A DNA stretch of 64,000 nt, taken from positions 3,175-67,174 of the forward strand of contig JAAWKU010000005.1 in the NCBI GenBank assembly GCA_022797535.1. The letters run 5' to 3'. The notes below the pieces were generated by a model. It worked only from the letters and a program-made list of their open reading frames with translations. It ran no database searches and was not told the origin of the DNA. Source of the stretch: Lachnospiraceae bacterium. Its GTDB lineage: Bacteria > Bacillota > Clostridia > Lachnospirales > Lachnospiraceae. Both the position numbers and the translations under genes were made by a program. Below are positions 57,211 to 64,000 of this stretch, in pieces. Numbering within the stretch: position 1 is the stretch's first letter; every line of letters begins with the position of its first letter.

Positions 57211-58890
57211 TTATGCAAAAGGTTTTTCAATAATCTGTTTTATGTATCCATTTTCGATTGTGAAGAAAAACGGCATTCCGGGTTCGCCATTATCATAAGT
57301 ATCTATGTATTTTTGAAATTCTCCTATGTCCATTGTTGTATACTCTACTGGAAATTCTCCGTCTGTAAAATCTCCGCCCCAGTCGATAAATGTATAAACT
57401 GTTTCTGCATTGTATTTCCATGTAGTTACTTCCACATCTGAGTTAAAAAAATAATAACCGTCCGGCATATCATCTTCTGTTAAGCTCAGCTCCTTTATCC
57501 TTTCTGTGTCAGTATCTATAATGTATTCTACAATATCCACCACAATACTATCGTCTGAAACATTTTTGACAAACGCTGCTATTTCTTCTATACTCTCTAT
57601 GTTGTCATATACAGTTTTATCCGATTGGGTAGTGCCGCTTTGTGATGAATTAACAAGGTCTTTTGGCTCAAATTGTATCCATTTCCCATTTAGGTTGACG
57701 GCAATACCATTACCGTTAAATATTTTTTCAGAACCGATACTTCCGAAGTTTGATTGAAGCTCCACGTCTGGTTCTTTTGCTCTGCTGACAGTAGATTCAA
57801 TTATGCCAATATAGGGTGAATCATACTCTGAAGATTCTGCTTCCCGCATAACCATTTCAGAAACATCTTGATTTGTTGTTACAAATAATCTGCCGGAAAC
57901 ATATACCATTTTTTCCTTTTGAGTAGAAGTTACAAACAATGTAATTATGATGATTACCAGTAGCAGACTTCCGATAGTCAAACCCATAGTAGCTTTTTTT
58001 ATTTTCATAATTGATCGTATCCTTTCTTCAATAGCATTTTTGCTAAAATTGTTACAAAAGGGCAATAAACCGCTTTGTCTTGCTTCCATGTCAATAAGCA
58101 CTCTTGCGTATGCAGATTTAGATGTTTCTCCAAACTGTCGTACCACACTTTCATCACACGCCAGTTCAATATCACGGTTAAAAAGAATATACATTCCCCA
58201 AACCATAGGGTTGAACCAATGAATGCAAAACGCAATCGTTGCAATCAGCTTTGTAATCGTATCAAAACGGCGAATATGCACATATTCATGTGAAAAAACA
58301 TATTGTAGCTGTCTCGCGTTTTCCCAGTTTGTTTTTTTAGGCATTAAAATAACTGGACGAAGAATACCGTAGGTCAATGGTGCGGAAATCCTATCAGATT
58401 GCCTTATTGAAATCGGACGCTTCAAAGGACATTTTCTTAACCACTGTTCGGCATAATCATTACAGATGGGTAAAGAGGTCTGAAACTCCTTTAGGCAGCG
58501 CAAATAGGATACTGCAAAAAATATTGCAAAAAGCATCATTCCAATAATCCAGACAGCAGACCAAACAGGCGCGGATAATAGAGTGTTTGCCGGGAATTGT
58601 GTTGCTCTCTGTGCTGCGATAATCTGATTTCCCTGTGAGATAACGGGTATAACATTCCCTATTTCTGTTCCCGGAAATATAGGTGCCTCTGTATTATTGT
58701 CAATCAGTGTATACACACTAAACATAGACGGAATTGAAAAGGGAATGAGCAATCTTAAAAGTGCTATTTTCCACAAAACAAGGAATGTCCTTTTGGGAAA
58801 TTTATTAATTGCTATTGCACGGATAATTGCAATTACAATAATAAAAACAGTCCCGGAAAAACTCATTTGAAGCAAACTCATTGTCATCAC
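57211..58890 (-). CDS. BlaR1/MecR1-type M56 membrane metallopeptidase with a non-penicillin-binding C-terminal domain
   Basis: LRLLIP, SAPLTYG, HEYVH (HExxH), HWFNP, IELACDE, IEERI; AT-rich. Confidence 0.9.
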   Translation of the reverse strand: MMTMSLLQMSFSGTVFIIVIAIIRAIAINKFPKRTFLVLWKIALLRLLIPFSIPSMFSVYTLIDNNTEAPIFPGTEIGNVIPVISQGNQIIAAQRATQFPANTLLSAPVWSAVWIIGMMLFAIFFAVSYLRCLKEFQTSLPICNDYAEQWLRKCPLKRPISIRQSDRISAPLTYGILRPVILMPKKTNWENARQLQYVFSHEYVHIRRFDTITKLIATIAFCIHWFNPMVWGMYILFNRDIELACDESVVRQFGETSKSAYARVLIDMEARQSGLLPFCNNFSKNAIEERIRSIMKIKKATMGLTIGSLLLVIIIITLFVTSTQKEKMVYVSGRLFVTTNQDVSEMVMREAESSEYDSPYIGIIESTVSRAKEPDVELQSNFGSIGSEKIFNGNGIAVNLNGKWIQFEPKDLVNSSQSGTTQSDKTVYDNIESIEEIAAFVKNVSDDSIVVDIVEYIIDTDTERIKELSLTEDDMPDGYYFFNSDVEVTTWKYNAETVYTFIDWGGDFTDGEFPVEYTTMDIGEFQKYIDTYDNGEPGMPFFFTIENGYIKQIIEKPFA

Positions 58891-58891
58891 C

Positions 58892-59251
58892 TCATTCCAA
58901 GTCCTCTACAATCTGTTTTAACTTCTCTATCTGTCCGACAGACAGTTTCTTCCTGCCTAACAGGGCGGCAAACAGTTTGTCAACAGAACCATCGTAAATT
59001 TTGTTAATCAATTCATTTGTTTCAGCTTCCTGCACTTCTTCTTTCGGGATAAGGGCATGACACATAAAGTTAGGTTCCGAACGTTCGATTGCCCCTTTTT
59101 TAATGCACCTTTTTATCAGTGTATATGTGGTATTCATATTCCACCCGACTTCCTCTTTCAGAACATCAGATATATGTTTTGCAGTGGTATCGCCCTCACG
59201 CCATAGCACGCACATTACTTTCAGTTCTGAATCAAAAAGTTTAATATCCAT
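58892..59251 (-). CDS. BlaI/MecI/CopY-family repressor
   Basis: SELKVMCVLW, WNMNTTYTLIKRCIKKG, YDGSV..LFAALL. Confidence 0.93.
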   Translation of the reverse strand: MDIKLFDSELKVMCVLWREGDTTAKHISDVLKEEVGWNMNTTYTLIKRCIKKGAIERSEPNFMCHALIPKEEVQEAETNELINKIYDGSVDKLFAALLGRKKLSVGQIEKLKQIVEDLE

Positions 59252-59273
59252 TTCTATTCTCTCCTTTCTATAA

Positions 59274-59348
59274 GACCACAGTAGTTTCTGCTTGATTAAA
59301 TATTACACCTTCTCTTATTGGTTGTCAACACTACCGCAGTAGTGTTGA
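59274..59348 (-). promoter_or_regulatory. BlaI-type promoter/operator
   Basis: TTGACA (59328-59323) - 17 bp - TAATAT (59305-59300); perfect IR TCAACACTAC-N4-GTAGTGTTGA (59325-59348) overlapping the -35; weaker GAC-N4-GTA at 59274. Confidence 0.75.
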
Positions 59349-59703
59349 GAAAAAATTCATAAATTTCTTGTTGGATAGATATTAAGAATGAGAGAGTTTC
59401 CGTAGTCATCGGCATTCGTGGGAATGTGTATAACTGGCTATCTCATGGAATTGTGTGGTGCTGGCGGTCTATCTCTTGTTTTCGGTTTCTTGCTTCTTTA
59501 CCGTACATGAGCATTAAGATCGGGAATGAAAGTTCATGGCTCCGTTCTGCGTATAGAGGGAACTTTTTGCAGATGTTAAAAAAATGTTAAAAATAATTTA
59601 AGAAAGTATTGGGAAATATTACAAAATGTGTTATACTGGAAAAACAGTGCTATTGTTTTGACAAAATGTGCGTGGAAGCGCATGTAGTGAGGTATAACAC
59701 ATT

Positions 59704-61515
59704 ATGAAAAAAAGAGTGATCAACGCATTGCTGGTAGGGATGCTGACAACTTTTATTTTACAGCAGTCGGTTCTGGAGATGCCGTCAATGGCGGCAGCCA
59801 TGGAACCGGGGAGCCTGGTCTGTATGGGAGAGGACGCAGAGTGTATTCCAGGAGAATCTGCCCGGGAAGAAACAGAGCAGGATGGAGAAGCCGTCCAGGG
59901 AGAACAGGGACAGGGCGGAGAATCTGCCCGGGAAGAAACAGAGCAGGATGGAGAAGCCGTCCAGGGAGAACAGGGACAGGGCGGAGAATCTGCCCGGGAA
60001 GAAACAGAACAGGACGGAGAAGCCGTCCAGGGAGAACAGGGACAGGGCGGAGAATCTGCCCGGGAAGAAACAGAACAGGACGGAGAAGCCGTCCAGGGAA
60101 AACCGAAACAGAAAGAAGATGCTTCAGCAGATACGGAGGGGCATGAAGGATTTATTTCCGGCTCGGGCCCGGAGACTGGTGGGGGGACTGACGCAGCCGG
60201 TGCAGCGTCTCAACCGGGCGGAGAGCCGGAGACTGCGTCAGAGGACAATGGCGCCTCAGAGTCTGCAGCGGAGAATACGGAAGACGGGCAGGAAGAGAGC
60301 GAATATGCCAACCTGGCCATTGCCCAGGTAGACAATTATGTGAACCTGCGTCAGGAGCCCAACACGGACAGCGAGATTCTGGGCAAGATATACAATGGAG
60401 CCGTAGCCCAGATCCAGGCTGTAGCCGGGGAGGAGCAGGACTGGTTTCGGGTGATTTCCGGCAGCGTGGAGGGCTATATCAAGTCGGAATATTTTATCTA
60501 TGGAGATGAAGCTGTGGAGGCGGTAGACGACTATGTGACCCGCTATGCCGCCGTGACTGTGGACAGGCTCAATGTGCGCCAGGAACCGGATGCGGATTCC
60601 AAGCGCATAGGCTATGTGGGCAATGGAGAAAAACTGGAACTCTTGGAGCAGCAGGGAGACTGGCTGCTGGTTCAGTATACGGAGGACCAGACCGGCTATG
60701 TGGCGGCGGAGTATGTGACCGTTTCAGAGGAGTTCCTCTATGCGAAATCCATAGAGGAGGAGAGGGCAGAACAGGAGGCCCGACGCATGGCGGCTCAGGA
60801 GCAACTGGCGCAGGATCAAATAGCTCAGGGGCAAATAACGCAGGATCAGATAGCTCAGGGGCAGATAACGCAGGATCAGATAGTTCAGGGGCAAATAACG
60901 CAGGATCAACTGGCTCAGGGGCAGATAACGCAGGATCAGATAGCTCAGGGGCAAATAGCGCAGGATCAACTGGCTCAGGGGCAGATAGCGCAGGATCAAA
61001 TAGCTCAGGGGCAGATGACACAGGATCAGATAGTTCAGGGACAAACAGTTCAGGATCAGTCAACTTTGGTGCAGACTACCCCGGAACAGGCAGTGCCGGA
61101 GAGCCCGGTGGAGACGCCACTGACCCCGCCCGCCGTCGTCTATACTTCCAATGAGGAATTGCGCAGCGCCATTGTGGATTATGCCATGCTGTATCTGGGA
61201 TATCCCTATGTACACGGCGGCAGGAGCCTGGCCGGGGGCACGGACTGTTCCGGCTTCACCTGTTATATCTATGCGGATTTTGGATACTCCATCAGCAGAA
61301 CGCCTTCCGGGCAGTACAGTTCGGCGGGCAGAAGCATTGATTACAGTGAAATCCAGCCCGGGGACATTATATGTTATGGAAAGACCAAATGCACCCATGT
61401 GGGTATGTATATCGGGGACGGCCAGATCATTCACGCCGCTAACTCCCGTAAGGGAGTGGTGATCTATGACGCCGGGTATGACACGATTCTGGACGTCAGG
61501 AATGTGATTGATTAA
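59704..61515 (+). CDS. Secreted SH3-SH3-NlpC/P60 peptidoglycan endopeptidase with acidic and Gln-rich repeat linkers
   Basis: Signal peptide; two SH3b domains (VNLRQEP, LNVRQEP); GYPYVHGG..DCSGF, HVGMY, HAAN. Confidence 0.9.
   Translation: MKKRVINALLVGMLTTFILQQSVLEMPSMAAAMEPGSLVCMGEDAECIPGESAREETEQDGEAVQGEQGQGGESAREETEQDGEAVQGEQGQGGESAREETEQDGEAVQGEQGQGGESAREETEQDGEAVQGKPKQKEDASADTEGHEGFISGSGPETGGGTDAAGAASQPGGEPETASEDNGASESAAENTEDGQEESEYANLAIAQVDNYVNLRQEPNTDSEILGKIYNGAVAQIQAVAGEEQDWFRVISGSVEGYIKSEYFIYGDEAVEAVDDYVTRYAAVTVDRLNVRQEPDADSKRIGYVGNGEKLELLEQQGDWLLVQYTEDQTGYVAAEYVTVSEEFLYAKSIEEERAEQEARRMAAQEQLAQDQIAQGQITQDQIAQGQITQDQIVQGQITQDQLAQGQITQDQIAQGQIAQDQLAQGQIAQDQIAQGQMTQDQIVQGQTVQDQSTLVQTTPEQAVPESPVETPLTPPAVVYTSNEELRSAIVDYAMLYLGYPYVHGGRSLAGGTDCSGFTCYIYADFGYSISRTPSGQYSSAGRSIDYSEIQPGDIICYGKTKCTHVGMYIGDGQIIHAANSRKGVVIYDAGYDTILDVRNVID
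59851..60099 (+). repeat. 66-bp (22-aa) coding tandem repeat, about 3.8 copies
   Basis: GESAREETEQDGEAVQGEQGQG units at 59851, 59917, 59983 and 60049. Confidence 0.95.
60811..61050 (+). repeat. 30-bp (10-aa) coding tandem repeat, eight copies
   Basis: QDQ(I/L)(A/V)QGQ(I/M/T)(T/A/V) units every 30 bp from 60811. Confidence 0.95.
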
Positions 61516-61532
61516 AAGCCTTTATCAGTACT

Positions 61533-62876
61533 CTAGTCCAGGGGCCAGCGGAGAACTGTGTCGCCGAATACTTCCGAGGACCATTCTGTCAGTTCGTCCA
61601 GACTTATGGTCACGCCGCCATAGGAACGGATGCCATGGTTTTCCGCCTGTTCCTGGGTATAATCCTGCAGCAGGTAAACCCCTTCAAATCTTACGGGGCC
61701 GCTGTCGTATTGGCATACCAGGGGGATGGGGCCGCTCTTCTGTTCCTCGATGGAAAGTCCGTTTTCATCCACATGGAAGGTGATCCAGGCTATGGCCTCC
61801 AACATGCAGAGCCCCTGCTTCTGAGTGGATACATAATTGCCCAGAGAATAGAAGCACAGAGCCTGCCGCCCGTTTTCCGCCTGAATCCATTCCATGGGCT
61901 GCACCACATGGGGATGGGTGCCGATGATAATATCGGCCCCGGCCTCTGTCATCTGCAGGGCAAATTTCTCCTGGTAGCTGGAGGGCTTTGTGGTATATTC
62001 TGTGCCCCAGTGGGGACAGACGATGACCACATCCGCGCGCTCCCGGGCGGCGGCGATATCCTCCAGCACCTGGGGGTTCAGACTGGTAAAGTCAAGCTGG
62101 CCGTTTTGGCGGTCATAATTGCAGAGAATATTCAGATGGTCCATGAGGGAGGAAGGAAGCGCCTCCATGTTGGGGCCATAAGTATAGTTCAGGATGGCAA
62201 AGGTGAAACCCTTAAGGGTCATGTATCCGATGCCTCTTTCATCGGTCTGCCAGACAGCGTGCTCATCCCCCCTGGTTCGGGAAGTGCCGGTGAGAGGCAG
62301 ATTGGGACCGTCCTCTCCACGAATGCCCAACATCAATACCTCCGGGTGCTCTTCCTGCCAGAACGCGGCGCAGTGTTTCAGCCCCTGGAGCTTTTTGTCT
62401 GCCGCATGGTTGGAAGCATGAAGTACCACATTGAACCCCGCGGCGGCAATGGCGTCCCCCACCTCCGTGGGTGAATTAAAGCTGGGATAGCCGGAAAATC
62501 CCAGATCATTGCCGCCCAGAATGGTTTCCTGGTTGATAATCTTGATATCTGCCTCCTGCAGCTGGCTGGATATGTCCTCGAAAAGCATGGTATAGTCATA
62601 ACTGCCGTCCTGTTGTACGCCGCTGTTTACCAGGCCCAGGTGCATCAGGTTGTCCCCCGCCATCATCAGCGAGATATCGTACTCGGGAAAAGGTGTGGGG
62701 GTGGGCTCGGGTGTGGGTGAAGGCGGGATCGTATAGGCGGGAATCCCAAGGACGTTCTGCTCTGCGTCCACCGGTGCGGTCTGCCCCAGGGTGTCCGCCG
62801 GACTGCCGCAGCCGGTGAGCAGAATTAACAGGGTCAGCAGTGCCGCCACTTGGCGTATCTGTCTGTCTGGTTTCAT
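61533..62876 (-). CDS. CapA/PGA_cap-family metallophosphoesterase lipoprotein
   Basis: Lipobox LTGC, AGDNLMH, INQET, ASNHAAD, HWGTEY, IGTHPHV, YSLGNY. Confidence 0.88.
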   Translation of the reverse strand: MKPDRQIRQVAALLTLLILLTGCGSPADTLGQTAPVDAEQNVLGIPAYTIPPSPTPEPTPTPFPEYDISLMMAGDNLMHLGLVNSGVQQDGSYDYTMLFEDISSQLQEADIKIINQETILGGNDLGFSGYPSFNSPTEVGDAIAAAGFNVVLHASNHAADKKLQGLKHCAAFWQEEHPEVLMLGIRGEDGPNLPLTGTSRTRGDEHAVWQTDERGIGYMTLKGFTFAILNYTYGPNMEALPSSLMDHLNILCNYDRQNGQLDFTSLNPQVLEDIAAARERADVVIVCPHWGTEYTTKPSSYQEKFALQMTEAGADIIIGTHPHVVQPMEWIQAENGRQALCFYSLGNYVSTQKQGLCMLEAIAWITFHVDENGLSIEEQKSGPIPLVCQYDSGPVRFEGVYLLQDYTQEQAENHGIRSYGGVTISLDELTEWSSEVFGDTVLRWPLD

Positions 62877-63080
62877 AATAATAGCCTCCTATTTGGGTTC
62901 CGTATATTTCCTGCCAACACACAGACGGCTCTGAGAGGGTGATCAGGCCGTTGCGCGTCCCGATCTGTGCGCCGTCCGGGAATATGCTGCCCCACTGGAT
63001 ACAAGGGTCCGGGAAATATACTTATTCGGACATTATACTACAAACGGAGGCAGGAAAAAAGATGAAAGTGGGGAAACTTT

Positions 63081-63437
63081 ATGGAAAAGCGTCTGAAAAA
63101 CTATCTGGCTGCGCTGGAACGGCTCACAGAGACGGCGGAAAGGCCCGGGGCCATGGATGCGGAGGTTCTGCGGCGCGCTCTGGAGAACCTTTTGGTGCAG
63201 ATCCGGTTTTTCCAGCATGAGAGGCTGATACATTTGATCGTCACTGTGACCTTTGCCATCCTGACGCTTCTGTCCCTCTTAGGCTGTGTGTTTTCCCCCC
63301 GGCTTCCGCTGTTTGTGCTGGTGATTTTGCTGTTGGTATTGCTGGTCCCCTACATACGGCACTACTATATCTTGGAGAACGGTGTCCAGATGTTGTATGC
63401 ATATTATGATATTCTGGCGGAAAAATGTAGCAAATAG
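63081..63437 (+). CDS. Hypothetical two-TM membrane protein
   Basis: Host-like codon usage, two hydrophobic helices, QHERLIHL and RHYYILEN segments. Confidence 0.7.
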   Translation: MEKRLKNYLAALERLTETAERPGAMDAEVLRRALENLLVQIRFFQHERLIHLIVTVTFAILTLLSLLGCVFSPRLPLFVLVILLLVLLVPYIRHYYILENGVQMLYAYYDILAEKCSK

Positions 63438-63711
63438 CACACTTTCGTGTGCTTTTGCCTATGCCGTACACGGGAATTAATACATTTGGTGCTACAAAGT
63501 GTTATGGTTTCGAACTATGATATACTCATAGGGAATAAGGGATGCAGAACAGCACAGGGGAAAGCCTTGAGGCGCGTAATGGCAGGGAAACCATATATCA
63601 AGGCTGTGCGTTATGCCAAACATTTTCCCGTGAAAGGGGTTGTTGCCCGCAATGTAAAAGGGGAATGGTGCAGAAATGTGCCATGCGGGCACATGGTGGT
63701 AAAGGAATCGG

Positions 63712-63747
63712 AAAAAGAGTCTTCTGCGGCGCGAGGACTCTTTTTTT
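63712..63747. terminator. Rho-independent terminator, probably bidirectional
   Basis: AAAAAGAGTCTTC...GAGGACTCTTTTTTT. Confidence 0.75.
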
Positions 63748-63769
63748 GATGCGATTATCTGACTTGCCG

Positions 63770-64000
63770 CTGCTATAGAATCCCATACGCATATTCTCAA
63801 AATCCCTGCCATCATGGCTGTAATTCACCAGCACGTTGTGGCTTGTGTCTCCATCGGAATCCCTGTGGTAAGTAATGCCGGTGATAACGCTGCTGACTTT
63901 CACTGCCGTGGGCCGGAAGAGAGGGCTTTTGCTCATGACAGTAAATCCGCCGATTAGCATTCCGACCCCGGCCAGGGGGAAGGCTACGTATATGATCCCC
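63770..64000 (-). pseudogene. DUF3592-like membrane protein, 5' end outside window, apparently 3'-truncated
   Basis: TM helix then VITGI.YHRDSDGDTSHNVLVNYSHDG..GFYSS; frame then runs through a terminator into non-coding-looking sequence. Confidence 0.45.

Noticed and set aside
63660-63700. AAAAGGGGAATGGTG considered as a cobalamin riboswitch core
   Set aside because: The following paired and B12-box elements are missing.

Overview
64 kb chromosomal window from a moderately GC-rich Firmicute; gene content and order look like a gut Lachnospiraceae, but the taxon is my inference. Left part: housekeeping and transport genes (cls, trigger-factor-like lipoprotein, asnS, NlpC/P60, GH4 alpha-galacturonidase, trkAH, Rpn nuclease, RidA, two heterodimeric ABC exporters around a LytTR/GHKL pair). 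Centre: a complete type I-C CRISPR-Cas locus (cas3-cas5c-cas8c-cas7c-cas4-[~610 bp non-coding insert]-cas1-cas2, leader, 32 repeats/31 spacers), with decayed mobile-element DNA on both sides. Then a sialic acid/amino-sugar catabolic locus (RpiR, ROK kinase, nagA, nagB, ABC importer, yhcH-like, nanA, nanE, SGNH esterase), accessory genes, tRNA-Val(CAC), a DRE-TIM aldolase, a collapsed conjugative-element remnant next to an intact BlaI/M56 pair, a repeat-rich SH3-NlpC/P60 protein and a CapA-family lipoprotein. Main candidates for follow-up: (i) the cas4-cas1 insert, made of a leader-like hairpin, a 36-bp tandem array and a segment that from memory resembles an IS110 non-coding (bridge-RNA-type) end with no transposase; (ii) long RNA hairpins before cas3 and between cas3 and cas5c; (iii) two spacers covering allelic variants of one protospacer; (iv) an in-frame internal start in the Rpn gene; (v) several mobile-element remnants with microhomology-type deletion junctions. 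All calls come from reading the sequence; no database search or folding calculation was run.
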